The translations under genes were made by a program, and so were the position numbers. The notes below the pieces were generated by a model. That model did not search any database, was not told the DNA's origin, and saw only the letters and a program-made list of their open reading frames with translations. This document shows, in pieces, positions 1 through 12,969 of a stretch of 64,000 nt of DNA. Source of the DNA: Eledone cirrhosa (taxonomy: Eukaryota); contig OZ024741.1 in the NCBI GenBank assembly GCA_964016885.1, positions 232,438,001 to 232,502,000 on the forward strand, written 5' to 3'. The first letter of the stretch is position 1, and every line of letters begins with the position of its first letter.

Positions 1-326
1 AGTTCATTTTCCAGTCTCTTTCTCAACAAGAAAGATGAAAAAAACTACCTCTTAATTTTAAATCTTTAACTTTTTAGTTTTAAATTCATATTAATTCATT
101 TTAATTGTAATACTCAACATTTGACTAGATGAATTTTACTAATACATCGAAACCGGCAATACATTATATACATTATAAAACTCATTTTTTTAATAATATC
201 CCTTTGACGAATCAAAGAAAGGAAAAAAGAAAGAAAGACAGACCCTAAAATATATTTTCCGTTCTATTGCCAACTTCACCCTTTCTCCATAATCACTATT
301 TTGTATAGAACCATACTTGCTTTTTC
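1..326 (+). mobile_element. Penelope-like element 3' end / pLTR fragment with a degenerate hammerhead-like motif (121-158)
   Basis: Homologous by eye to the reverse complement of 7840-8075. Carries TTGACTA-gatgaa..tacatc-GAAACCGGCA, a decayed version of the motifs at 8009-8046 and 19059-19100. Ends at (TA)n. Confidence 0.5.
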
Positions 327-517
327 ATATATATATATATATATATAAAGAATTAATATCTAGTAACATATATATACATACAGATGCATATCAATGCTAG
401 CAAATATATAGGTTTTGTCTTAGTAACTTTGTGGTTCAATGCATGGGGTTGCAGAACAATAATATGAGAGACGTAAAATAAGAAAATTATAAAATTAACT
501 TACTTACTAAAATATCA

Positions 518-597
518 CTTCCAACTAATTAGTTTCTGAAATGGAATAAATATACTTTCCGAAGAAAACATGGAGAATCATTTCGTCGTCAGGGAAG
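518..597 (-). ncRNA. Type I hammerhead ribozyme motif
   Basis: Minus strand: cttcc-CTGACGA-c-gaaatg...catttc-a-GAAAC-taatta-GTT-ggaag. Stem I cttcc/ggaag, palindromic stem III (AACTAATTAGTT), GUU cleavage triplet. Confidence 0.7.
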
Positions 598-1634
598 ACT
601 ATTCTCATCTAAGTATCCAGGCAAAGCGTGGACTCTGGAAACTTATTCAAAAATAATTCAGTGGATAGAAAATAGCAAAGCGTGGACTGAATTCCTAGCC
701 ATTGAGAAAATCACTGCCTCTGCGTCGGTGGCAAATTCAAAAAGAATCAATCACGTGACATCGAGGTCAATCAGTGGAAAGTGGTTTGCTAATAAGACAG
801 CGGCCTGCCTGCTACCATAGCAGCAGTCTTGGCCAATATTGCTCGACAAATAATTTGGAGATAATTATAAAGAATTAATATCAATAAGGATCAACAATTA
901 GAGACGTACAATATAGAGGAACAGAGAGAATTCCTGAAAGTTAACCTGCTGAAGGCGGCAGATGTAATATGTGGCTGGAGCAGAACTTTAGGCCTGACGA
1001 GCGTAACATGATGGTGGAACAGTAAGCTGGATGAGACAATCAAGTCGAATAGGCAGGCTTGGAAAGAATGGAGGGTTGGGGTAAGCTAAGTATCAAGTGC
1101 CTAGGAGAGAAGCTAGACAACAAGCGTACTTTGCAGGAGAGGAAGCAAAAAATACAAATTTCAAGCATATTCTACAACGCGAGGATCAAAAACGTGGCAA
1201 GAAAATATGTCAAGGTAAATTGTGATATTGTCAGGAAGAATTGTTTCCGTAATGATGATGGTGTAGTAGCCATCACTGATACCGATAAAAAAGGTAACTT
1301 GGAAGTGTCACTACGGGAAACTAGTAAATGAGGAGAATGAAAGGGATAAAGATAGTCTGCCCCAAGTTGATCGAACAGAGGGACCAACTATGCAAGTTAG
1401 TGATAGTATAGTAAATAAGGCATTCAAAGATATGAAGACAGGCAAGGAAGTTGGGCTATCGCATATAGTTGCTGAGATGTTGAAAGCATCTGGAACGGTG
1501 GGGCATACATTGGTCACCCGCATTGTAAACCAAGTAATACAGAATGAGTTCATACCAAATAACTGGCGTAGCTACATCGTCGTTAATTGCTCCGAGGGCA
1601 AAGGAGATGCTTTAGATGGAGAAAACTATAGAGA

Positions 1635-2172
1635 TGTAGTGACCTACATTCCAAGGGCTCATGGATACACTCTCCGTACGTTGTTTGGCTCAATTCAGCC
1701 AATCGCTACCAACGTGGGAGAATGTATCTCGACTTCCGCCCAGAGGGAAAAATTCCCGCGGCGAGTCAAAAATCTCTCTCTTGCTGCTTTGGACACTGAA
1801 ATATCAACACGCAATTATGTAATGGTGAGATTTTGACTTTGGCCTGTCGGCCTTCTTTGGCCCGGAACAGCGCTTTTTCTTTACTTCTTAAAACTCTTTA
1901 TTTTGTTTGTTCTTTTCTTTGACTTGTCAACCCAGCTTAACTTTTCTGGTCGGTTGTAAATAAAGCTTGTAAATATTATAAAGTCTCATGATCTTTTCTA
2001 CAAAGCCGACAATGAACTACAACTACTACAACAAACATTCACTTTATGACTATCTTTGCCTTTCTCTCACTTAACAAATGTTACATTTCTTACTATAACA
2101 AATAACAACAATAACATATATTCTTTCTTATTAATATTACGCCATGTAGGCATAATATTATTTTCTGCTAAA
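1635..2172 (+). repeat. 5' LTR
   Basis: TGTAGTGAC...CTGCTAAA; direct repeat of 3951-4488. Confidence 0.9.
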
Positions 2173-2173
2173 A

Positions 2174-2183
2174 TGGTGACCCC
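2174..2183 (+). promoter_or_regulatory. Primer-binding site, complementary to the tRNA-Trp 3' end
   Basis: TGGTGACCCC, 1 nt after the 5' LTR; eukaryotic tRNA-Trp ends ...GGGGUCACCA. Confidence 0.7.
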
Positions 2184-3950
2184 CCACCGACGGAGGAATA
2201 TTTAAGTACGAAATAATCCTTTAAAATAAAAAAAAATTAGAAGTATTTCAAAAAATTTCAACACGTAAAAAATGTTTTCAAAATGGCTATCACCAAGTAC
2301 TCCTCTACTAACAGCACCAGCAGCAACAAGGCCGACAACTTCGGCACCATCAGCAGCAACTGACGCAAAATAGTGACACCTTTGTAGTTATACTGCCGCA
2401 ACCACTACCACGACGGATAGCAGTATCACCAACAGCTTCTGGTAACATATTTATCACTGCGGGGTCTACTACAGCTTCGACACAGCTACAATGACATCTA
2501 CAACTTCTCACTGTCTCGCTACAAGCGGTGACTCAAGAAATAAAAACAACAGCCTTCTCACAACATAATGGTAAATTCGACGCTTGCAAATCTTTGCTGC
2601 TGTACAAGACTTCACGATTTATCGATGTTTCTAGCGTCCGACATGATTCGAACTCACAGCCTTTCTCGCCACACTATGGCGTCAGACGTGACTTGCATAT
2701 TAGTGACTCTAAGCTCTTCAACGCTCTACTTCGATTCTACTGAAAATGTACTGTTCGCTTCGATAGCAACAACAACAACAACTCTACTAGCTTCCTAGTA
2801 AGAGCGATAACATTCTTATCCCAAAGAAATTTCAAGGAAAAGAAAACGTGAACTTTTTGTTAAAGAACAATTATTTCTTTTTTTTTTACAGGCATTGTTT
2901 GGATATTTATTTAGTTTAAACTATATAATATGAAGATTCATTTTTTTTCTATCATTGTATATATGACTGGACGCACACATTTTCTTTGCTGTATTACATG
3001 CCTGCATATGCACAAACATTTCTTTGTCACACACCAATTATGTTGTTGTCTATAGTATATCATCTTCAAGCGTCGTAATATTCTGGGAGATCCCTTTTCA
3101 CCTGGCGGAGATACCAAAACATGCTATCAACACATGCAGCTTAATTCGCCTGGACTCAAACAGGCACCGCAACACGAGAACTGCAAATTGCAGCTGGATT
3201 CAAATAGTTTCGCATCTCGTTGCACACTCATCGTCCTATAGCATAACAACCTCCATCTTGTTACTTTACCCGACTCACTGGGAAAACAAATGGAACTCGA
3301 CCTGTCAGCATTTCCACTATTTCTCCTATGGATTCACCAGAATTATGGAATTACCGCTTAAACTACTACCCACCTACAGATTCAACTAGTTTTTTTCTCA
3401 TCAAAGCAACTAGCCATTTTTTCCTGGCTGCCTAGCACTTCCGGCAAATCATCTGGGAGGCCGACAATTTCTCGCCTACCTATCATCTTCTTGCCAGATC
3501 TGCTACAACATTTACCATAACAGCTCCAGCTATACAGCTCTGGTATAACATATACCATAACAGCTCTGGTATAACACTTACCATAACATCTATACAGCTC
3601 TGGTAAAGCAGGAACAGCACCATCGTTGACAACAGCTACTGGTAAACTACCACAACAGCTTCCTCCACAGCTCTGGTACAAGACTTACCATAACAGCTAA
3701 CATTTAATGCAAGAACAGCAACTTTTCCCATGTCAGACTTTATCCGTTTTCTGTTAGACCCCGGGTGGTCACGCATAAATAGCAAAAACAGCTAGTCATT
3801 TGACACAGCGGCTCAACACGGCACATAGCGCCCCATTTTTCTTCTTGCATCCATCCTTTTGTTCAATTTTCTTCATTGATGTGCCCTCTTTCAGCATTTT
3901 CCCTGCTGATTCAATTTTATATATCGTCTTGCAGACTAAATAGGGGGTAT

Positions 3951-4488
3951 TTTAGTGACATACATTCCGAGGGCACATGGATACATTATCCGTACGTTGT
4001 TTGGCTCAGTTCAGCCAATCGCTACCGGCGTGGGAGAATTTATCTCGACTTCTGCCCAGAGGGAGAAATTCCCGCGGCGATTCAAAAATCTCTCTTGCTG
4101 CTTTGGACACTGAAAGGTCAACACGCAATTATGTAACGGTGAGATTTTCACGTTGGCCTGTCGACCTCCTTTGGCCCGGAACAGCGCCTTTTCTTTACTT
4201 CTTAAAACTCTTAATTTTTTTTGTTCTTTTCTTTGACTTGTCAGCCCAGCTTAACTTTTGTGGTCGGTTGTAAATAAAGCTTGTAAAATATTATAAAGTC
4301 TCATAATATTATCTACAAAGCCTACAATGAACTACAACTACTTCAACAAACATTCACTTCATTGCTAACTTTGCCTCTCCCTCACTTAACAAACGCTACA
4401 TTTCTCGCTATAACAAATAACAACAATAACATATATTCTTTCTTATTAATATTATGCCACGTAGGAATAATATTATTTTTCTGCTAAA
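3951..4488 (+). repeat. 3' LTR
   Basis: TTTAGTGAC...CTGCTAAA; direct repeat of 1635-2172, preceded by TAGGGGG. Confidence 0.9.
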
Positions 4489-5900
4489 GAGGCATTAAAT
4501 TATTTGAGTAGATGAGTGGCTTGTGAACGCTATACAAGCCATGTATAGAGGAACAATCAGCAACGTTAGAATTAACAATGACTATAGTGAAGTATTTAGC
4601 GTAACATTAGGTGTTAACCAAGGCTTCGTCCTTAGCCCCTTCTTATTTATCATTACCCTACAGGCAATAACAGAAGAGTTTAGGACTGGCTGCCTATGGT
4701 GTGTTCTCCATCTAACCCTCATAGCTGAATCTATAGCAGAACTAGAGAAGAAATTCCAAACATGGAAGCATGGCAAACGGATCAAAAGGCCTTAAAGTTA
4801 ACTTGTCTAAGACTAAAGTTCTAGTGTGTAGAAAGTAAAATAAAGCACAGGTGCCCTCTGGGAAATGTCCTTGCACAATGTGCTGGATAGTAGTAGGTAG
4901 ACAATCCATTCTATGTCCCAAATTCAAACTGTGGGGTTATAAAGATATAGTGGAATCACAAACAAGCTATCAAAGAATCTAGGTTTTTATATATGGTCGA
5001 TGCTCCGCTGCAGTAAGTAGTAAGGGCCCACTGGATACTAGCCCATTCCACTACCCAGATGGTTCTATAGAAATAGTAGACACTTTCCGTTACCTGGGTA
5101 ACAAAATCAAGAGTGGAGACGGGTGTTCTGAAATTGTAGTAGCCAGAGTTAGAACAAAATGGAAAAAGTTCAGAGAACTAATACCGCTGTTGGCCACAAA
5201 AGGTTTCTCAATAGAAATGAAAGTCAGATTGTTTGATGCTTGTATGGCACCAGCAATATTACATGGTAGTGAGTCCTGGGTATTGTGTCCAGAATATCTG
5301 CACAGATTGGAAAGAAATGAAGCATGCATGCTCCGATTGATGTGTAATAATTATATAAACGAACAGGAAAGCGTAAGCGAACTAAATGAGAAATTAGGTA
5401 TAAGAGGGATCCGATTCAGTTTACCAGAGAGGAGATTACGTTGGTATGGTCTTGTGATGCGTATGAAGGACAACAGCTTTATAAAAATATACAAGGGGAT
5501 CAAAATAGATGGAAGCTACGGAGTAGGTAAACCTAGAGAGAGCTGGGACGAGGTGATAAAAATTGATCTTGCACACTTGCACCTCTCTAAGACATTGTGA
5601 TAAGATCGAAATCTTAGACGATATGTAGTAATACAGAAGACCCGCCTTCCCTTGCGTACGGACTTAACCTACACTCACCCACATCCGCCCACACCATCTC
5701 TTTAAAGTTCTGTCGATACTACAAAATATCCGGCCCACACTGTAAATGTATTTGCCGTTAGGAAGTGCATCTAGTCGTTGAAAACCAGCCAGAAACAGTT
5801 CTATACGAGTAAGACACGTTCACCAGACCCAACTTGCCTCAAGTGGGATAAATCCGACTAACCCGTGCTAGCGTGAAGGATAGACGTTAAACGATGATGA

Positions 5901-6077
<177 letters not shown>

Positions 6078-6496
6078 TGATAGGAGAGAGATGATAAAAA
6101 CTATATCCCTACTTTATTTCTCAACTTCAAGGGAAGTTAACATCTTGCTCATAGTGCAATGAATTCGAAGCCATAGTGCCATATTTTTCTGGGGTTTGAA
6201 CTCTAACGATTCTGCGATTTCTCATAGAAAACAAAATGTATAAACACCAAAAATGATTTGCTTTCTATAAACAGTCATTGATATCCGCTACATCAGCAAT
6301 TCTACCACATGGAGTTCCTTTCTTAGGTGATATAATGTTACGATGACCCAACTTCAACGCCAAATATTAAATGATGTCGACTTTTAACACAAAGAACACT
6401 CGAGGTGATTCTCGACCAAGGAGAAGTTCTTTTGGTTTTCCTTCAAATCTGTAAGTACCGCTCTTTTGCTATTGATTTGCACTATATGTCCTTGGT

Positions 6497-6568
6497 GAGT
6501 CGATAAAATAAAGCACCAGTAACCACGGTCATAATTGCTGGCCTTGTGCCAAAAGTAGAAACAATTAT
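6497..6568 (+). mobile_element. SINE 3' fragment
   Basis: GTCGATAAAATAAAGCACCAGT...AATTGCTGGCCTTGTGCCAAAAGTAGAAACAATTAT matches the full SINE copies in this window. Confidence 0.8.
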
Positions 6569-7336
6569 GCTTTTCTCACGCAACTCTCTTCTGATTTGTC
6601 GAGAATTTTGTAGAATGTTGCATATGTTTCGCAGCGAAATCATTTGATATTTGGCGTTAAAAATGGGCCTTCGTAACACTCATTTTTCAATTTAGGGAAG
6701 AAGATTAGCAATCCGTGTGCCAATGAGATGGAAGGATTCAACAGCAGCCGTTACCAAATGAAATGTATTTTATTTCTGAAAACAATGAATATTTATCTAA
6801 ATATTAATTGCGACAATATTTCTTTTACATACATATTATTCCATATAATTTTGTTTTGCAAGCCCTCAGAGATCGGTGAAGTACGGTCTTAAATAGCTGC
6901 AGATATTGGGCTGTTCAAATTAATAATTTTGCTGGCCAATATCAGACTCCACTGTGTTGTAAATATTCAAAGTATGTCCTCCACGTAAAGGTACCTTTCT
7001 ACCACATACTTTACCTCGCTCTTGGCTGTCACAGACACTAAAATGCATATGAGCACTACTCAACACTTATTGCTTAAATGACTAAATAAACAAAAAGTCA
7101 GATATATGGATGAATAAATAAATAATGCAAAATCTAAAAAATATATCGCCAAATGTATTCCAATCCTAAATATCTCGTGAGTGATATACTAGAAGTTAAT
7201 AAAATGGGAAAACACGACGTCTCGTGACAATGAACGTGTACGATTGTTCCGTTGGCATTGTCATCATGATGAACGCCTCTCCGATAACAAGTTTCAGATC
7301 TAACTTTCGATTTAAAGTGTGTTAACCTGCCTTGCA

Positions 7337-7400
7337 ATGCCTCCACATTCTATTGCTGGAATTATTATTCTATTAACTTTGGAGTTTATGTTAACCAGCC
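7337..7400 (+). CDS. Candidate first coding exon encoding a signal-peptide-like sequence (MPPHSIAGIIILLTLEFMLTS)
   Basis: ATG at 7337, hydrophobic core, consensus donor C|GTAAGT in phase 1, matching the phase-1 EGF exons downstream. Confidence 0.45.
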
Positions 7401-7654
7401 GTAAGTAATAACATCCTTGCTAACTTATTTACATCCTTACTAACTTATTTACATATTGAATGTTTTCTTTGTCTGTCTATCATGAAATTTCTTTACCTCA
7501 TTTTTATCAAATAAGTACATCTTAATAATGAGGGCAGTATATTCTACCATTGTATCAACTGAAACAGCATCTAAATTCAACACTATGTGTATTGACACAC
7601 ACACACACACATACGCGCGCGCATACGCACACATACACACACACATACCTATAT

Positions 7655-7835
7655 ATCTTAGTCTTAGATTCTTCCGCGCCGTTCGGCGCATCGAGTAGTA
7701 AGTCACGTTAAGCGGCAACTTTTTCGAGACCATTCCAGGTGATGTTGACTGCCATCAGGTCCTTCCGGAACGTTCGTCGCCAGGTGATCCTTGGGCAACC
7801 CCGCCTCAGTTTATTGCCAGGCCAAGTCCAGTCAT
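7655..7835 (-). mobile_element. RTE-type LINE 3' end fragment
   Basis: Minus strand reads G.PRITWRRTFRKDL...TW, typical of an RTE C-terminus; ends in a short repeated tail. Confidence 0.6.
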
Positions 7836-7839
7836 CGCT

Positions 7840-8340
7840 GAGAGAGAGCAATGGCAAAGTTGGAAATAGCACTGAAAATATATTTAAAGGTCTGTTTTCT
7901 CTTTTGATTCGTCAAAGTAACATTGAAAAGATAACATTATTGAGAAAATGAGAAGGACATTTCTTTTTTAAAAGAAGTTTTATAATGTATATAAAGTATA
8001 TGAAGAATTACCGGTTTCGATGAATTGTTAAAATCCATCTCATCAAATGGTGAGTATTGAAATGAAAATTAAAAAGAATTAATAGGGGTTAAAAACGGAG
8101 GATTTCAAATTAAGATCAAATGTTGGAGTAAATTTTCTTCCACCCTTCTTGCTCAAAATTTAGGGGTAAGAGAAGATAGCAGTAGTTGTGTTTCTTCACA
8201 GCCTGTGTGGGTATATATCTGATTGTGGTAATTGACTGGTCAAGAGTTCAAAAGGGGATGGGGTATTGTAAGCTAGAGGTAAGTTCTGTGGAAGCAGCAG
8301 GGGAAATTCTATTATTGGAATGTAGTTTTAGGAAGTGTGT
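7840..8340 (-). mobile_element. Penelope-like element 3' fragment with a hammerhead-like motif (8009-8046)
   Basis: Minus strand TTGATGA-gatgga..ttcatc-GAAACCGGTA; homologous to 1-326. Stem I not evident. Confidence 0.55.
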
Positions 8341-8800
8341 ATATATATAGAGAGAGAGAGTGAGGGTGTATATATAACAATACACACGTGTGTGTGTGTG
8401 TGTGTGTTTTCAGTCTGTCTTTCATAGTCCCTTTAGCAATACACACATCTGTGCGTGGGGTTGGGGTGTTTGTGTGTGTTTTTTTCAGCCTGTTTGTCAC
8501 AGATCCCTTTGTGGTGGGAAATTAAAAAATTATATTTCTTCAAAATTCAGAAAATTGTCAAAAATTAAAAACTAAAATCCAAAGAATTCTCTGAATCAAA
8601 AAATTAAAAAAATTAAAAAAATATTCTTTAAGAAAAATCCAGAGAAAAATGTATTAGTAGTAAGGGCAGTAACTTTTGCAATTAGTAATTTGTTCTCTCT
8701 TATTTTGTGGTATGTGTGTGTGTGTGTGTGTGTGCCTGCGTGTGTGTGTGTGTGTGTGCGTGTGTGTGTGCATGCGTGCGTGCGTGTGTATGTGTGTGTT

Positions 8801-8834
<34 letters not shown>

Positions 8835-8846
8835 AATCTCTCTCTC

Positions 8847-8894
<48 letters not shown>

Positions 8895-9528
8895 TATATT
8901 TTGAGAATAAACTCTCAGTCGTATACAATAATTAAGCTCCAGGAAGGGGCTCTTCCGAGCAGTTAATACATTTAAAGTATATGATAAACACGAAATGTTT
9001 ATCATACCCCATCCCCTTTTGAACATTGCAACAGACAAAGTTAGCTATTAATGAAATAAACTAATAAAAGTGAATACAATTTGTCTGTCTCGATACAAGT
9101 CAATAAAGACAAGATTATATTGGCAACGGCCATGATTCCTGGACATATTTAAATTTCAAAATTCAAACCTGTTCTGTAGACGAATTTGAACCTCGAAACC
9201 CAAATAAGTTTCGCAACGGTGGAATGTGAATTGAAAAATAAAGAGAATCGAAATGGAATAGAAATAAAAGAGTGAAATGTCCAAATCTTCTGTGCTTATC
9301 AACAGGAATCCAGTAAGATTAGTCTATCTCACATCAAAAATGTTGCAGGTCTGACTACACGTGGGTAGGCAGGCCAAAACTAGCTATCCCACATTCACGG
9401 TGCTAGAAATAACAGCCGCTTATGCAGGATTAAGGATCAGCTCTTACAATAAAGGAGCTATACATTATATTATATTTTGAGAATAAACTCTCAGTCGTTT
9501 ACAATAATTTATATATATATATAAATCC

Positions 9529-9617
<89 letters not shown>

Positions 9618-9794
9618 TATATAAAAAATGCACATATGTGGGGGGAGGGGTTGTGGTATGCGTGTGTGAGTTTTTCAGCCTGTTTGTCACAGATCCCTTC
9701 GTGGTGGGAAATTTTCCAAAATTTCAGAAAAATGTCAAAAACTAAAAATTATTTTGAGGTGTCTGTGAGGGGGGTGGGTGGCTAATGGGGGTGA

Positions 9795-9950
9795 TTACAT
9801 ATTTAGTTTTGGTTTAAATTTGTTAATAAATAGTTTCTCCTTATTTATTGTTTGTTGTTGAGTCAAAGAATTGGAGCTCTTGTAAAGGGGGGAGATTTTA
9901 AAGTTGGGTAGAGTCATTCCTGCACAATCTGCAGAGGTCCTGAATTTTCT
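9795..9950 (-). mobile_element. Penelope-like GIY-YIG endonuclease C-terminal fragment
   Basis: CA...PNFKISPLYK...KEKLFINKFKPKLN, matching the E..FI....P.LN end of PLE GIY-YIG domains. Confidence 0.7.
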
Positions 9951-10095
9951 CATATATATATATATATGACAAGATTCAGGACCCCTATACACACACGCAA
10001 ATCGATGCGCAGAGAAGAAGACAAAAATAAATAAATAAATAAATAAACAGATTAAATAAAGATGGCGTAGACATACAAAACAACAGGAGAAAACA

Positions 10096-10270
10096 TAATT
10101 GTTTCTACTTTTGGCACAAGACCAGCCATTATACAGTACATTACTGGTCATTTATTTTATCGACCTCGTAAGGATGAAAGGCAAAGTTAACCTCGGCGGG
10201 ATTTGAACTCAGATCGTAAAGGGATGAAACTACGCTGGAAAGCATGTCCGACCTTTCTACCAATACTGCC
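10096..10270 (-). mobile_element. tRNA-derived SINE
   Basis: Reverse complement of the SINE: TTGGCAGTATTGGTAG..GAGTTCAAATCCCGCCGAGG..GCCTTTCATCC..GTGCCAAAAGTAGAAACAATT. Confidence 0.85.
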
Positions 10271-10565
10271 AATAAAACATAATAGCACCACTGACGATGT
10301 TGCAGATGTGCAACGAAACAACTTTGTTAGACTTTATATATGTGTTTGTGTCTATATTATATCTGTATTTTTTACCGTTGGTCAGACAATGGTAAACATT
10401 GAGGACCGAATAAAATAACTGATATAAAAGATACAGAAGCGAAAACCAACCAAACAGTGAGTGTGTTCTGTTATTAATTCTGGCAATATTATTACAACAA
10501 TATGACCCTCCCCAAGTATAACAATATTTGTTTTAACACACGATTTCATATCAAAAACCTCGCAA

Positions 10566-10615
<50 letters not shown>

Positions 10616-10617
<2 letters not shown>

Positions 10618-10980
10618 AAAGAGATATTTAATTTGTTGGTTATTCAACAAATTTATCTATAACAGATTCGAAGCACTCTACAGTTTTCTGGGGTATAATA
10701 TCAATGATATTAATAAATGGAAACTATATTTATAAAACCAAATTTATTATTCCAAATTATAAAACCAAATGTATTATTCAAGGGTACCAAAATGTTGGTA
10801 CGCTCTCATCAGATAAAATACAAAATTTGTTTTATAAATGGTGACATACCCAAGAAACCAGACTTTATCGATTCAGGTTCAGTTTGGAGACTGAAAGAAA
10901 AATTTCAAATCTTTAGGATGAATATGTAAATGAGATTGAAACGTAAGGCTAAAAAAGATCGTTATATTTAGACGCTAGGC
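10616..10980 (-). repeat. Inverted homologue of the hammerhead-bearing repeat at 18035-18415
   Basis: Shares GAGATATTTAATTTGTTGG, AAATGGAAACTATATTTATAAAACCA and CAAGGGTACCAA..TTGGTACGCT.TCATCAGATAAAAT; stem III is damaged in this copy. Confidence 0.75.
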
Positions 10981-11411
10981 ACATTTAAATAATTATTAGG
11001 ATAATTTATAAGGTAAGAAGAAAAAAGAGGCTATTATTAATATTAGGATGTAAGAAATTTTAAGGAATGATTATAATAAAAAAATTATAGTTAGAAATAC
11101 ACTATTATTATTAAGATAAAATTGTATGGATCATATCAGTGATGGTGTAAAGAGAGTGTTATAATTATATTTAATTATTTAATTATATAATCATATATTT
11201 TGGTAGTATCTATAAACTAATATGAGAGTTTAAAATGTGTTAAAATTGAGATATACAACTAATTATTGGATCTATTCAAATCATGAGTTATAATATTATA
11301 TAGATAATATTTAGAAGTATATTTTAAGGTTGTAAGTATATATTAGTTTATTATATTACAACGGGTTATTTATATAAGTATTTATATAAATATTTTTGGT
11401 GAGTATGTATG

Positions 11412-12532
11412 TTGTTATTTTCATTAGATAGATAGTTTAAATATTTTTACATACATTAAGGGTTACGAAGAATGTTGTGTTTACATTTTCAATATATAGT
11501 TAAGAAAAGAACGTAGTTATAAATTTTATTTCAGAAGATTATTTTGTAGATAGTTTCATCAAGATAGGAAACATTCAGAAAAAATGTTAGTAAGTCAACG
11601 AAAATATACAGAGAATTTAATATTTATGTAAAGGTTAGTTTTTGCGTAGAAGGAATGTTTAAGCGTGTTACATTATAAAGGAAAAGATAAATCCAATGTT
11701 TCTTAGTTAAAATATTTGTTACCTTCCAAAACTCTATTAACAAAAAGAAAGAATTATTCAGTAGACATCGCCAAAGAATGACTTTCAGAAGTATCTTTAA
11801 TCTATAGAGTATATTTCACTTGTTTACATTTTATGTCTTCACTGTGTTTTGTCGAGAATTTGTGGTATATTTTTAAATTATATTTTTCTTTTTATCTAAT
11901 ATTTTTCAAATGATATTATTTTTCCAATTATATTCTTTTTAATGGTTTTCAATGATAATGTTTCTAAATATACTTATGATGCCTGTAATAATATTTGTTC
12001 TTCGTAATTCACTATATAGACTTTAACACATGCATTGATGTAGATAATACTATCTAAATACATATATAAAAGAATGTTCCTCTTTGAAAACATCTAATAT
12101 AAAATACCTTATAATCATATACAAAATAATGTATTAAATTTGTATAATTATATTCCGCATATATCTTAATTGTATATTTCTTTAAAAGAAAATTCTAAAA
12201 TTAAATGACAAATGTAACATAAATATTTTAACTCAGAAACATTGGAGTTAGCTTTTCCTTTATAATGTAACACGCTTAAACATTGCTTCTACGTAAAAAC
12301 TAAACTTTAAATAAATATTAAATTTTCTGTATATTTTCGTTGACTTACTAATATTTTTTGTGAATGTTTCCTATCTTGATGGAACTATCTGAATGTACAA
12401 AATAATCTTCTCAAATAAAATTTATAACTACGCCCTTTTCTTAACTATATATTGAAAATGTAAACACAAATTTCTTCGTAACGCTTACCATATATAAAAA
12501 TATTTAAACTAACTATCTAGTGAAAATAACAA
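11412..12532. repeat. Long inverted repeat: about 310-bp arms (11412-11722 / 12214-12532) around an about 490-bp AT-rich spacer
   Basis: Arms align as reverse complements with scattered mismatches. Confidence 0.9.
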
Positions 12533-12541
12533 AAAAGGAAA

Positions 12542-12580
12542 GATGAACTAGTTTCTAGCTTATTAGCTGTCATAAGCACC
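12542..12580 (-). ncRNA. Degenerate minimal hammerhead motif (G5 mutated)
   Basis: ggtg-CTTATGA-c-agct-aata-agct-a-GAAAC-ta-GTT-catc. Confidence 0.5.
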
Positions 12581-12888
12581 GTATACCTTGCTGTCAATCG
12601 TTTCCGGTAGCCCGGCCGACTAACTCACTCGATATGCAAATTAGGCTGCTCAGCCGTTAATATGCATGAGGAAAGTACTAGTTCATCGTTCCTTTGTCAG
12701 TGTTGAACAAAAGGGCAACGATGGTTGCCGAACACTGTACGGATTAATTCGGGCTGTTTGTTTACAAACAAACCGAACGTTATAATAAATGTTCGGTAAA
12801 CCCATACGTATATAAATATATATGTGTGTATGTATATACATACTACTGTACGTCTGTATACATATATGCATGTACGTATATAAACTTA

Positions 12889-12949
<61 letters not shown>

Positions 12950-12969
12950 AGGGCGGGTAAAATTCCCGA

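Larger units (their letters stand above)
1635..4488 (+). mobile_element. Non-autonomous LTR retroelement (Gypsy-like PBS) with a non-coding 1.8-kb interior
   Basis: Two 538-bp direct repeats. TGGTGACCCC just after the 5' LTR, AGGGGG purine run before the 3' LTR, and a 4-bp target duplication GAGA/GAGG splitting the host RTE NYRGIKL codons. Confidence 0.9.

Noticed and set aside
8312-8966. ORFs rich in YI/CV/TH (also 38536-38864 and 40881-41335)
   Set aside because: Translations of dinucleotide microsatellites.
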